Counted from the first letter of the stretch, positions 1-14,962 are shown. The stretch: 64,000 nucleotides of DNA from Octopus sinensis (GCF_006345805.1 NC_043017.1:14322001-14386000); one strand, 5' to 3'. Program-made: numbers and translations. Notes: generated by a model not told the origin, from the letters alone.

Positions 1-1592
1 ATGTGGCTGGTGTTACTCGGTGTTGTAAGCTGCACATAGCAAACATATTATATTACTTGACTATTAATTATTAAGAGGCAATTATGAGAAAATTATCTTG
101 TTGCAATCTTTAACTGCAAAATGGATTGATAAACCCTCAAGAATTGTAGATTGTGAAGCCATAATTAGCTGTCTGTAATAATCAATGTTTCTAGCGAGAA
201 ACTAAAATAGTCAAAGCATAATTAAATAAGACATTTCTCAAAACCATTTATAATTTCAAAGTCCAAAAATATATTTGAAAATAAGTGATTCATTTAATTG
301 CTACCATCAAAAACGTACTCCCAGGCGAAGTCTACATGATTTTTGGAATTTTTTCTTATTCTCCTTTAATATTCTTCAAAGAATATTACAAAGACTAAAT
401 GATAATCCCTCAAATTCAATATTAGTGTTGTAAGTTTTATCAAAATCAATCAAAACAGCAACTGCAGAAGTGTTTCAAGAATAGGTGGTGCTAAAAAAAG
501 AGGTTCGGCCATGAGAGTAATTAATGGACTAGATAAGTAAATCTATAGGGAGATTCTACAAATTGTAATTATTTCGAATTTCATGTCTATTCTAAATTAA
601 TAAATTCAATTAGAATTACTAACGAGGTTAGCAAAGTCTTTACCTTCTGCTTTGTGATGCAGTTGCCTGGTTGGGTGAGATGACAGCGTCAAATATGGCA
701 AAGATTTTATGATTTTAGATAAAGTTGAATTTGATGATAATGGGTTGTTTGTTTTCGCATAAAGGAAGAACAAATTAGAATTGGAGATGAAGAGTTACTT
801 AAATCTTCTGAAAATAAACACAAAAACTTCCAAAATTTCGAATTCATCTATCTATCTGCCCATCCATCTATATAACCTTAGGTCAGCTCTTTATGAATAG
901 ATCTATGATCAACAACAGTCCTGAGTTGACCATCAATTTCTTTTCTTTTTGTGAGTTTGTATATAAACATACATATCTACACACACACACACAGGAGACT
1001 ACACTTCCAAAGTAAAGTTCATTTAAGATCGTAGGATGCGATTTAAAGGAGATTAGTCTACTATTTCTAGCAGATCAAACACACTTCTATTTTTAAACTT
1101 TAATGTTACTTCATTAACTGATCAATCTGTCACACTTTATCTGGAAGGAGTCCTTCACTTAGAGATTGTAGTGACCCACTCACTAGAACACCTACCAGGA
1201 CTGGCAGCCACACCCATTACAGCTATTCTGGTGAAACAGTTGTCAGATTGTGGATTAATATTATCATTTTATCATTGCAAGAAAGATGCCCAACCACTAG
1301 AAATATCACACCCACTACAGCTAATTTTGCTATAAAATAAAAAATAGTTGTCTTATTGCAAGAAAGGAGAATGATGAGTGCTTAAGAGATAAATAGGGAA
1401 TACGTAAAAAAAAAAAAAAAGAAAAGAAAAGAAAACTTATATTATGTCTACAAAAGTGCAACAAAAGGAAACAAAAGGTTTTTTTTGATGGGGTGGGGCA
1501 GGAGGAGGCGGAGGAGGAGGAGCTCAGTTGGCAGGTACTAACATAGAGGACACTCAACAAAAGGCAGCAGCCAACATAATACAGTTTTGAAC

Positions 1593-1727
1593 CTTGAGTC
1601 CAAATCCAAGTAACTTCAGAACACACTCAATGGTGAAAAGAATAGTGAAGGCAATGTTTATGTATTTTTGAACGTTCAGGAAGATTTTGGCCTGTGGGTT
1701 CGGTTCAGGATAAGGGTTGACATAGAA
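1593..1727 (-). CDS. Cav2: Cav2 exon, IVS1-S2 loop and IVS2 (FYVNPYPEPNPQAKIFLNVQKYINIAFTILFTIECVLKLLGFGLK)
   Basis: 135 nt, strong tttcag acceptor. The donor AAG|gttcaa is weak and was placed by homology (FGxx|NYF boundary), so the 3' end is less certain. Confidence 0.9.
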
Positions 1728-1960
1728 CTGAAAAAGGAACAAAATACCAAGAAACAATATTACTATATATATGTAAGAAATCCATACTAAAATACTTGCC
1801 TGTTTATTGATTGCTCTGTATTTCCTGTGTGACTGGTCTCAATATATTTTAAACATGCTCAGACACCAACAAATATTCAATCAAGTAATACCATCATTTA
1901 CTTTACTAACACAGCCGTTAAATCAATCACAATCTTCTGCTTTGTTATCATCATCATCAC

Positions 1961-2025
<65 letters not shown>

Positions 2026-2383
2026 ATAGTAGCATTAATCAAAGTAGGATGAGTGAGATACACTTGATGGAGGTAATTGCTGATGGTGTCTACAAGATTG
2101 AATATTTGGTGATTCATAGTAAATCTAGCATCCATAGCTAGCATCCGAGAGGAAAGAAGATTACAGTTGCCTAACATCCTAGAACAAGCAAAACAAAACC
2201 TAGTTCCTCAACAACTTTTTCTAGTTTAAAAAAAAAAAAGGAAAAGAAATGACAGCAGAAGCAACATAGGTAAAGCCAATATTGGAACTGAAAGAAACCC
2301 AGAAAAATGGAGAAATGAAAGAATTTGTTTAGCTAAAGCTGAGATGTACAAACATTTACATGTGTGTGTGTGTGTGTGTGTGT

Positions 2384-2414
<31 letters not shown>

Positions 2415-3251
2415 TGTGTGTGTATGTGTATGTATGTGTGTGTGTATATATATATATATACACACACGCGCGCAAAATATTTACAAGTGTGTATATACCT
2501 ACGTGTGCATATGTATGTGTGCATATCTCTGCATGTGTGTACACACATACACACACATATGTATAGGTAATAAGCGATGCACAAAATTAAAGATGTTATT
2601 TCACAGAGAATCATTTTATTGAAATCAAATAATATTTTGTGCCAAGAATTAATAATGTTCCAAATATCATGAGAAGAGTTTGGTTTTCTTTTTTGACTGT
2701 TGAACATCACAGCTTTGAAAAAAATAAACAGTAAGTGCTTTAAGATCTCTAAAGTACCAAAAGCTGCTACCTTTCAGATTGTGAAAAGCTCCATAAAAAC
2801 TACTAAAATTTCTCTGATTGTTTGACTCCTTAATAAAGAGATCAATTCTTGATTTTGCAATAAGATCTGATGTAAGAGAACAGAGTGACAAAGAACCCTT
2901 GGCAGACTTGGTAGATACAATATTAGAGTAACTGATATATGTTTGATAACATATAGCATTAGTGTAGGTTAGTGGTACACACAATATATATGTGTATGTA
3001 TCCTAGTATACATATATCATTGAAGAGAGAGTGAACTTTCTGCTGATGCACATTGCTAACTATAGCTGATAGGATACTGGGAAACAATATATATATACAC
3101 ACACACACGCACAAAATATGGGGGTTTAGTTCACAGGTGATCTAAATGACTAAGTATGCTGGGTAAGTGCTGTAACAGATTACCAGGACTGCAAGGTCAT
3201 AGCTGAGATGGGAATCATGGAACCTTTGTTGATTCCCAATATAGCAGATCG

Positions 3252-3531
3252 ATAACTGTTAAAGAGGACAACAAATGTTAAAGCAAGACAAACATCACAA
3301 GTTATAAACATTATTATTATTGGAAGAATTCAGTCTTACAGCTGTTTCTGTGATATCCCAAAGTATGGGATATTCTGCCATCGGAGATGAATATTTTCCT
3401 ATTTTCCCTATTTGTCTCTGATGATGGAATATCCCATATTCTGGGATATCTCAGAAACAATAATAATAATAATGTATATGACTTGAGATGTTTGTCTTGC
3501 ATTAATGTTTGTTGTCCTCTTTAACAATTAT
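3252..3531. repeat. Nested imperfect inverted repeat (MITE/foldback-like)
   Basis: Outer arms about 3252-3320 and 3460-3531, inner arms 3344-3393 and 3409-3458. About 80-87% identity by eye. Confidence 0.8.
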
Positions 3532-3544
3532 ATATCATATACAT

Positions 3545-3575
<31 letters not shown>

Positions 3576-3592
3576 ATATATATATATATGTA

Positions 3593-3849
3593 TATATTGG
3601 CAGGGCTGGCCTGCTAGGTAGCCGGCCAGAATGCTAGAAGAAGATCATCAACGATCAAACTACAAGGGAAATTCTCTAGAGGAAGAATTCAGCGAACACC
3701 AGAACCAACTTTGGCGGGCAGGACATATGTTGGTTCTGGTGTTCGCTGAATTCTTCCTCTAGAGAATTTATTTCCCTTGTAGTTTGATCGTTGATGATCT
3801 TCTTCTAGCATTCTGGCCGGCTACCTAGCAGGCCAGCCCTGCCAATATA
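3593..3849. repeat. Near-perfect palindrome: arms 3593-3709 and 3729-3849, 19-nt loop
   Basis: Arms are exact reverse complements except for a 4-nt insertion in the right arm. Confidence 0.95.
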
Positions 3850-4031
3850 CACATATATTTGAATTTTCTCTGACTCCTCAGATTTTTTGAATGCTGGACT
3901 ACTGGTTTTAAATTGATATTAAAATTAATATTAATTTATCTCCCTCAATTTTTAAATATATATATATATATACATACATATGTATATATTTTTAGATACC
4001 AAGGCCTAAATTCCCTGTAGGAGAGGTAGTC

Positions 4032-4067
<36 letters not shown>

Positions 4068-4113
4068 ATTGGTAAAAACGGTAAGATGCAGCCAGACTTT
4101 TCACACAGAGGGG

Positions 4114-4328
<215 letters not shown>

Positions 4329-4714
4329 CCCTCTGTGTGAAAAGTCTGGCTTCATCCGAAAAAATATATATTATGAAACAAAAATAAACACAAAATTTAT
4401 TACACGAATCTGTTACCACCACGACAGACAACTATTTAACGCTGAACACGAGTTTGATGTTGAATACATCCACAAATTTTCCGCTCAGATAGCTCTTCCC
4501 AAGACTACAAGACGGCTTCGTGCAATTCATGCCTCGTTGTAGGGTTTTTCAGTTCAACTTTATCGGCCAAAACTTTGAAAATGCCTTCATCTAATGGATT
4601 CCACGTGTAAACATGTGTTGAATAGAACTCACTGAATAAATCTTAACTGTGTTGTCAATTGTATGCACCTGACATATGCTAACGTGTTTGCAGCCAGACT
4701 TTTCACACAAAAGA
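4329..4714. mobile_element. Tc1/mariner-like MITE in a TA tract
   Basis: TIR core tgtgtgaaaagtctggc at both ends, with TA flanks. A further exact TIR copy at 4091-4112 lies on the other side of the (TA)n tract. Confidence 0.65.
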
Positions 4715-6182
4715 TATATAATAAATGTTTCAGTAATGAGAAAATGGATTTGGTATTAATCTTTCTTTTGTACAACTGTCAATTCCACCCATCCTGCTAC
4801 TGTCCCTTATGGGTGGGAATCCTTTCAGAATGTTGTGTTGCATCCGTTTTGAAGACTGGGTCTCATCAGATACATCTATACATAAAGGTTTGTGTCTCCC
4901 TAACCAGATGGGCATATAACAACATGTCAGCCAAAACTTGGGATCGTTGTACATCCATCTTCTTGTTACTTAAGCAATTATTATTATTATCATCTCAACT
5001 AACACTGCAGAATTCCTCAAGTAGATCCAATGGAAACACACCCCGACTGTGGATGATACATTTACTTTCTAATTTAAATTCAATGTGAAAACTAAAATTA
5101 ATTAGATTATTATTTTTTAATGAAGTTTGTATATTTGTCATTGAAATCTTTTTCACATCACAAAAGTGGAAGAGAAGTACTGTTGTCCGTTAGCCAAGAG
5201 TCTAAAACTTGAATGGTAGGAAAGGACTTTTAGAATGTGACCTGACCCAAATACTTGCAACAGTGGAGTCTGTTAAAGGCACGTAAGAGGGAAGTTTGGT
5301 GGAGCTAAACTGATTTAAGATTAAATTCACCACTTCCCAAGGGAAGCTTAAAGACGGTTTCTATTTACCAACTTTCAGTCACAAGACTGATTGACTTCAA
5401 ACTATGGTTGCCTAACCCTAACCCAAAGATAATGGAATCAACCAACAAAATTGTTAAAGGGCTTCAAGGTCACAGAATGAATGAAGATGCTATAAATCCA
5501 TTTGGAATTCTCCTTAGTAGAGCCATAAAGTTGCATCCATGTCTGTAATTATGGAACAGCCCAAATTATGAGCCAACCCATCTAGTTTATATAATTATTG
5601 TATTAAAATGAAATGTTCAAAGCAGGAATCATCTACAACTAGGCCCTGTATTACCAAATTTCCCTCACTGTGCTTTGGTGAACCTGATGTCAGGATGGAA
5701 GATATATGCTTAAGGTTCTGTTGGTAGGATTGAACTCAAAGTCACACATTTGTAAAGGAAACTTGTAAATCACTTAGCCATAACAGTATTATAATTACAC
5801 ACTACAACTGTTTGATTCATTTGCATATGCAAATGGGGTTAATGCAAGACAAGTGTTTTGTAAACTGGTTAGAGTAACACAGCACTCAGGAGCCAGAGAA
5901 AAAGTGTTAAAAAAACTTGTAAAGGTTATTGGATTCTCTGGTTAGAATTATTTCCTGCTAAATAAATTGTTTTGCTTTTACTGGTTTTAGTTATTCAACT
6001 GTGGCCATGTGGGAGCACAGTCTACAATGGTTTTAGTTAATTAAACAAATCCTAGAATTTATTTAAGTCTGTAGCTGATTTCATAGAACTGGTAACTTAT
6101 GGTTTTTGACAAAGGGATTTACATGGGGACACACACACACATATATATATACAAATCTAAGTTTTTATATATATATATTATG

Positions 6183-6690
<508 letters not shown>

Positions 6691-6706
6691 CATACATATA
6701 TATATA

Positions 6707-6744
<38 letters not shown>

Positions 6745-8396
6745 TATATATATATATTATACACACTTACATATCCACATATATACATGTATACAATGGA
6801 GTTCACACTATTTCTGTCTACTAAACTTCATTCAAAGAAGATGCTCAAGGGTGTCAGGCAGTGAAATTGAATCTAGCTATGTGGCTATGAAACAAACTCC
6901 TTAGCCACATGCCTGTACCTGGTCTGAAGTTTACTTACTCTTTTGTTTTGTACTTACTGTTTTATTTTCAGTTTTATATACTATGAATTGATATTTTTAA
7001 TAATATTACTATTTCGTAGTCTTGTGAGGTCAATTTATTTATGAGGCAGAATTAAACCGTTTGACAGGGTTATTCAACATGAAAAATATGACTCACACCT
7101 GATAGAAACCAGAATCCAAGGATTTTTGTAAAGAGCTGTATTGACAACATTATTATTAAGTTCCAAGAGAGTTCAATAAATTTTAATTTCTGCGAGAAAT
7201 GAAAGAATTTCCACACAGTACCCAAACTCTCTTCAGGGTTTTCATTGCTATCTCCTAGCATTTTATCATAAGAAATTGTTCTACCAAAATAGTTCCAGAC
7301 TGTTACAAGTTGAAGATTCTGTTCCACACTCTCCCTTGTCTTACACTGAAAATGTTCTGATGGGTCTATGTCAGAATAACACGCATGAAATACAAACTCC
7401 TGTTCCCCAGACACTTTGTGAGTTTTAAATATTCAACAATAGTTGGCTTTGTTTTCTGTCCCTCCCATATATATTTGCATTATGCACACACACACACACA
7501 CACACGTGTGTGTATATATACACACACATGTGTGAATATATGTATGTATATGTAGAATGTTTTGCAATACTGTGAAAAGCTGAAAAGTCTCCTCCTAATT
7601 CATTTGTATTGAGAAAAAGAACAAAAAGAAGAAACACCCTTGCCATTAATTGTTTAACGAGAAAATAGGTTTGCTGATTTATATTTGTCCATTAAAATTG
7701 GACAACTTAGTGAAAATGAAGTTGAATTTAGTAAAATAGGGTCTTTTGATAACCTTGCAAAGGTAGCAGCTAGAAATTGAAAAAAATGAAAGCAAGAGAA
7801 CAATCTTTGAGACCCTATGTTTCCTGGCTTACCCTTATGCCAAATCCCATTAATTTCAGCACACATTCTATTGTGAACAACACTGAGAATGCTAAATTAA
7901 GTTTCTGAAGAGCATTTTTATATTCATGTGACGAGCCATTATACTGACAAAGAAAGGGAAAAAATATAATGAGCTTATTTTCTTTCTAGACAAAAATACC
8001 AACGAACGATTTAAAACAAAAGAAAAAAAAAAGAAAGACAGAAGGCAACAACAATATTCAAGAAACAAAAAATGAAATGAAGCATTAATTCTGAAAGAAA
8101 GCATTAGTAAAATATTGGAAATATAATACTTCATGTGTCAATAGTGAGATTATTATTATCATAAATGATACAGTTAACGACATCTATTAATTACTAATTA
8201 ACTTTGTAAAATTAACCATTTTCAAATATTTATTTTCTCATTGTATGAGTCATTAGTCATCCAATTTAATGTTCATTTAATCAAATCAAATTTTACTTCA
8301 TTTTTAACGAAATACTTCATTACAGATAAAACTCTAACTTCGCATTAATAACAATAAAAACAACAACAACAACAATTATTATAACAGCAGCAGCCC

Positions 8397-8434
<38 letters not shown>

Positions 8435-9166
8435 ACGACAAGAAGGAAAATAAAAACATTCCTTTCTTTGAATTGATTTGATAGGGGTGTTATAATCATG
8501 GAGAGTACAGATGAAGCTTTAGAGGTCAGGGTACCAGTAATTAGAGATAAGATAAAGACGTAAGAGTCTACATTTTGTGCAACACCACATGGTTAGCTGT
8601 TGTTTCTGGCACTACTGGGTACTCTCCAATGTTCCCACAAAGTGAATTTGATGGTGGTGGTGGAGACGGGAGGGAAGGGTTGCCTGTTTAACTGCTGCTG
8701 GCTTAGGTATGAAACAAACAGACTATGCTTTTACATGTTGTTGGGGGAAGGCAAGGGGCCAATTACTCTATGTATTATCTATCTATCAATCATCTAGCTA
8801 GTTAACTAGCAAGCTAAATATATATATATATATATATATATGTGCGTGTGTGTGATGGGCGTCCCCACAATTTCCATCAACCAAATTTTATTCACAAGGG
8901 ATTAATCTGATCCCCAGGTGTCATACAATGGGATGATCCTAAAACTCTGTGGTTGCAAATATTCCAGCCTCACAATCAAACCTGCATTTCAATAGATCCA
9001 ACTGTAAGCCAGCAAGAAATACACCAAATGATGAACAAGGAATAGTTTAATAAACAGATCTTTCCAGAATTATATGAATGTTGGCACCTGACATGAAATT
9101 AAATCATACACAGGTATCTCCATGGAGTAAACAATATTTTAATGTACAGCAGGGTGCAACAGACTG

Positions 9167-9215
<49 letters not shown>

Positions 9216-10634
9216 CAGTTCTTATGTAGATGATGAGGATTAGAGGCTCTGAACAGAAACTAGATGAAATGACATGCTTTGTCTAGCTCTGTCTTCCTGT
9301 CTGCCTAATACGTTTCAGATATAATTAATCATTATCTCCTGACAGTAGAGAGTGGATGGGTCTCACAACATCCTGCCACCTGCCCTAGTCCTTCACAGAA
9401 GGAAATATATCTTGGCTTTTCTGGGTGTCATAGTTTTCATTTAGCATATCTTTTCTAGCTTGATGCTATTTCTATCAGCAATAACTGCATGGCATCAACT
9501 GAAGACATTTGATCATAGTTCTATCACTTGAAAGAGCCTCTGTGACAGGCCTAAAGTGTCTCCAGCATCAGGTTCTTATAAAAATTTGTAATAAACTATA
9601 GATTTATTCCTAATAGATTATCATTCAACTGGCTGATAATAATGCTTAGATTATCTTCCTTTAATATATATCAATACCATAACAGTGTTGACCAGTTTTA
9701 AAATAGGTATGCCACAATGCTGTGCTTTAAAGGGTTATCAGTATGTAGGTAAGGAGCAGAGCATATAATTAGAAGACACTGCCTCAAATAAACAATCCAA
9801 TCCATATGGCGGTGCCCCAGCATGGCCACAGCTCATGAGCTGAAACTAGAATCAATCAATCAATCAATATCAGAAAGGGAAAGTGGATTTATGAGATTGA
9901 TAAAGACAGAGAGGTTATGATGGTTGATAGGGGCCTGTGTGTGTGTATTTCCTGATATTTCCACTCTTTTACAGTGAGACAAACAATTCCCAATAGTTCT
10001 TGTCATTTAAAGAAATACTTTTCCACTATTTTCTCTTCTGTCTAGACAAATGATATAAAATTTCCTGATATTTCCCATCCTTTATAGTAAAATACTATTA
10101 TATTTCCCTGTATATTTTTCTGAAACAAAAGTCAGTAAACATGAAGAATAAAACAATAATTTTACTTAGCTGCCATAGTTTTGCTATTTCTTCAGAAAAA
10201 CAACATAAAACAAGAAACTAATCTAGAAATTAGATAAAATTTAAATATTTCCAAATAAAATTTTTTTTAATGATTTAATTTATGTAGACAGTAGAAAATT
10301 ATACTTCTAATTAACAATTATCATAATTACAAGCTATCATATAATTACAAGCTATCATAAGATTTTAATATGCTATGATTTTAATAGGGACAATTTAATT
10401 AACTGTACCCATCCCTTATAAGTTTCTATCTTTAAATTCAAAAGCATCTTTACAAAATAAACCATTTGTGCTTTATAATTTACTAAAACATAGATTCATC
10501 GTTAAAAAACAAATTAATAACAGTCAGTTACTACTATCAATTATGCTGACATTGTATAGTTACTAATTCTTAATAAGGACAATAAAAAATCGAAAGAGAA
10601 TTTAATAAAAGAGAAACATGAAGGACGAATTTAC

Positions 10635-10799
10635 CTTCATCATGAGGACGACTGTATTTAAAGCAATCAGTATCATGACGACATATTCGAACTTAGGTGA
10701 CACAACAACCTTCCATATTTTGTATTTTAAGGAATTTTTATTTTTGGGCATATATCGACATGATGGCCGTGCTTCAATGGCAAATTCTATACACTGTTT
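10635..10799 (-). CDS. Cav2: Cav2 exon, III-IV linker and IVS1 (KQCIEFAIEARPSCRYMPKNKNSLKYKIWKVVVSPKFEYVVMILIALNTVVLMMK)
   Basis: 165 nt, tttcag/gtaaat, phase 0 to 0. Confidence 0.97.
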
Positions 10800-11654
10800 C
10801 TGAAATGTAAGAAAACAATATTGCATAAACGACCAAATTTTGAAATAGCAATTATTAGATTCAGTACAGCTTATATATAAGACAACATTCTTGAAGATTC
10901 TGGAGACCAGTGTTTCCAAAAGATTTTCTTGTCAAAACATATTTTAAAGCAAATAAAATATGATAAAGCAATGTGAAACAAAGCTCAAGGACAAAACACA
11001 CCACTGGGAATCGAACTGAGGATTGTGAGTTGAACACTCTAACCACTTTGTGTTTAAAACACATTGCTCCAGCCCACTCAGAGGGCAAAAAATGAATTGT
11101 ACCTGTTATTCAAAGGGGCCAGCCTTGTAACATTCTGTGTCATGCTGAATCTCCCTGAGAATTACATTAAGGGGTATGCATGTCTGTGGAATACTCAGCC
11201 ACTTGCACATTAATTTCATGGGCAGGTTGTTCCACTGAACAGGAACACTCACCATTGTAACCAACAAAGAACTAATTGTATCTGATGCTCAGGTTTGGCC
11301 ACATATTTTCGTATATAAGTATTTATGGATCTTATATGGAGGTAGGGAATATGTTTCATGTATTTTAAAAGTAATTTAGTCAAGAAGGGGTCATACACAT
11401 GGCCTTCTAAACACCACCAACCATTGGAGGTACCATCTGAAGATATCTTCCCTCCTCTGACTAGTCTCAGAGAGCCTGTGAAGGGTTAGGAATTAACCTT
11501 CTCTGCTAGAATTAAGAAGTTAATGAACTTTAATATAATTGCACACAAATCACATAATCCTTAATAAAGAGAAAGGAAAAGAAAAATAATTTTAATTTGT
11601 AAGACCAGGGAAAATATTAAGTGATAATCTGATAATTCAATTGTTAACAGACTG

Positions 11655-12380
11655 TGGTGAAAGATGGAAGAAAACACATTGCTAAAATTGCCAAGAAGGC
11701 TGAGGGTGTCTTGGCATCACTCACCAAGTCCTTTGTGAGCCACTCTCTGGCTATCTATCTGAGATTTTATATAGCTATGGTGTGACCTCACCTGGAATTT
11801 GCATCACCAGTCTGGAACCCCAATCTTGCCCAGGATATTAATCATCTGGAAGCCGTTCAGCGATGTGCAACCAAGAGAATACCCTCCATCAGGCATTTGC
11901 CATATTCTGAACGCCTTACTTCCCTGGGTATGGATACATTGAAACTCCAACGTCTGGCAGCTGACTTGGCAGACACCCATAAAATTATCAACCATCTTAC
12001 AAACAATAACCCTGAGCACCTTTTCAAACTCCACCTGTCTAACACCTGTGGACATGTTTACAAAGTCAGAAAGCAGCACAGCTCCCATGACTTTCGGAAA
12101 CATTTTTTCACGCTAAGAGTTGCTGAAGCAAGAAACAAACTGCCGGCATCAGTTGTTAGTTGTCGGAGCACTGCATCCTTCAAAATTCCCATGCTTCCTG
12201 AGATTCGCCTACACTACACCTGATTTTCTCTCCTCCATACACACGCAAGCATGTATCTGACTCATACACTGTTCACTTCCCAGACATTTGTACATTACTG
12301 CATATGCTTTATATGCACTTTTGACAAGTTGTGGTGCACTGAGCACTGTATACAAGAATTTCATTATTATTATAATTATA
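11655..12380 (+). mobile_element. CR1/L2-clade LINE 3' fragment
   Basis: PHLEFASPVWNP..INHLEAVQRCATKRIP..LPYSERLTSLGMDTL..RKHFFTLRVAEARNKLP followed by an (ATT)n tail. Boundaries approximate. Confidence 0.85.
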
Positions 12381-12423
12381 AAATACGAAAAGTGAGAAAG
12401 AAGAACTAAGAAATGTCAAATAC

Positions 12424-12625
12424 CTGGTTTTTATCTAAATCTTGATCTACTAATTCGTTTTCTCCTTGCTCTTGAAACGTTATGATAATTAAGGCCACAA
12501 AGATGTTAACAAAGAAAAATGGAAAGACAATGAAAAACACAACGTAGTATATTGCCATTTCCATTCGGGAGCCAGGTTTTGGTCCCATATCATCGTTTGT
12601 GGAGTCCATGGAATTCTTCAAAACT
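12424..12625 (-). CDS. Cav2: Cav2 exon, IIIS6 and start of III-IV linker ([67 protein letters not shown])
   Basis: 202 nt, ttctag/gtattt, phase 2 to 0. Confidence 0.97.
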
Positions 12626-14818
12626 CTAGAAAAAAAAAGAAAAAATATATTTATTAATAAAAATACATTTGTCAATTTAAATATATTTATTAAATTTGAA
12701 ATCAAAAACAATATTTGGTTTTGGAATAAAGTTTAGATAAAAATGAAACTAAATATTTCTCACATTGATAGAAAGCCACAAATGTTGGTGACAGAGAATT
12801 GTGGTTGACTGAACTGGTTCCTCATATATGACTGGTACTTATTAACAACACTCAAATATAAGGTAAAGGTTATTCTGATAGAATATAAACCTTGGATGTC
12901 AAACATCCAAAGTAAGTCCTGAAAGACATTTTATCCTGTCTTCTATAAAGTTTGCTGCCTCACACAGCTTTAAACATCATATTAACCATGTTAGCCCAAC
13001 CAGAAATAGGTTCCTCTTTTTTTTAACTTTACACATGAGGTATTTCATAGCAGCCTTTGTCTTACATTGCCATGTTTATACCAAAGTTCATTCCTTCTTC
13101 ATTGCTACCTTTTCTCAGTCATCTAACATCTGATGTCAACTTATAAGACGAAAGTTCAATGAATAAATTTAATAAGACAGAAACTTGTTCACAGTTATTT
13201 CCCCATTTCTCACCAAACACTTCCTTCCCACTGCATGTCTCCCCTCCACCATTCTCTTCAAGCTTGTCTTATTTACCTTTTTTCAACAAAATAAATTAAA
13301 CCTAACAATTTTCTCTTCACTACATGTATAGTTTCAATTAAGAGCATAAATTATTTGGGCAAGGGAAGGATTACCATATTAGGTTAATCCTTACTCACCG
13401 AAAACAATAAACAATAAAGGTGTTGTGTAGTTAGGCAAGTTACTTTACTCTACCTCCCAAAGAAATACTGTGGCTAGTAAGGTTTTTACCTTCATCTACC
13501 CTTAAGGTCAGATGCAATAATCAGAGAGTTACGTTGGTGCTGGCATAGTTTTTAATAATGCAACACTAATGTGTCACCATTTTACAGTTGTGTCACATTG
13601 TCTGTGTAGTTAATCTAATTCTCTTTTGATAATTGTTTGTTCTGGATGTAGAGGCTATTTCTGTGATCTCCATAGGATCCGTAACACTAGTGATATCAAT
13701 GTAACAGCAGCTGGGAGGATTGCGGTGGGATGATGCTCAGGGGAAGCAGGACTGAGAAGAGGAACTGAAAGGATTAGCACATTACATGTGGTGAGAGGGG
13801 AAGAGATGAGTAGGTCTGGTGGTCCTAAGAGGAGACATCAGATCAGTCAGCAGAGAGAGGCAGAGACACAGCATATTTGTGGAAGGAAGATTGAAGTGTG
13901 TGTCCGGCATTGTTTTATTGTTCTTCTCATCAATGATTACATTTAATTTTTCTTCTTTGAAATACAAGATTTTTATGAAGGAGAAAGAAAACAAATTGTT
14001 TGTATCTCTCTCCATATTTAGAAAGTTGTTCAAGTTATTGACTCATGTCAGAACAAGAGACTGTGACATTCCATCCAGATGATATTGGCTGATTGTAAGA
14101 AATTAGCAGTCAAGTACTGGGCTTTATTTGTCTTCTTTCTCTCTTTTTGGTCAGTTGTAGAGTAATGGGTTCCACAAAATTTAGACATCAAAACAGTGGT
14201 CCCATGCTTACATTAAGGGTTGAGGATTCAAAGAAAGGTTAGGTTGACCTAAGCCCTGGAACAAATTTAGTTGCAGTAACACAATGTGGTCAGTATGGTT
14301 ACTTTAATAAAATAAAATTTTATTTGTATCAAAGTGAGGTATGCTTTTTGATCAACGTTTAAATCAAGCAAGCAACAGCAAGGGAGACAACTCCAAAGCA
14401 GAACTAGATTAGTAGAATGGATTGATCGTTTGGCATTTAGATGACCCTGTCTAATGTAATGCTTATTTATGTCCGTTGTTTTGAATGAATCTTGCATTAT
14501 CTTGTAGCTTCAAGATTTCAATCATGTGATAGTTTATTTTTATAATGATATTGTAGGGTAGGTGTGAGAAGCCAGATCTGGTGAGTTTAAATGCTAAAGG
14601 ATTAAAACAGAAAATGTGGAAACAAGAAAAACAGTGCGGTCTTTAGTAGGTAAGGTTTCAATTTTAGACATGGTTTGGGTTTATTAAATTGAAACACGGG
14701 ATTAATTTAAAATTCATATAATGTATGCCCTAAATGTGAATGGAACCATAGCAGAACTGATAAACGAAACTACAAAGCAGAAAACTCAAACACAAAGTAG
14801 AAAGCTGTTTGATCTTAC

Positions 14819-14962
14819 GTTGGCCAACCTTCTCCTGTTGTGACAGTAAACAATGTCAGCATTGCATACATAGCATTGTCGTAATGGAAATCTTGCCGGA
14901 GCCATTCCCGGTTCTTAACGCGCGGTTTATCTGACTTATCTTCATAATCAAAATATTGACCC
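14819..14962 (-). CDS. Cav2: Cav2 exon, domain III turret and filter ([48 protein letters not shown])
   Basis: 144 nt, ttacag/gtaaga, phase 2 to 2. Confidence 0.97.

Noticed and set aside
640-812. AG..GTAAAG-bounded segment as the next (IVS3) exon
   Set aside because: All three frames from that acceptor hit stops and none encodes NYF..WN.FD. The IVS3 exon must lie beyond the window start.
5411-5424. Telomere-like cctaaccctaaccc
   Set aside because: Only about two units, expected by chance.
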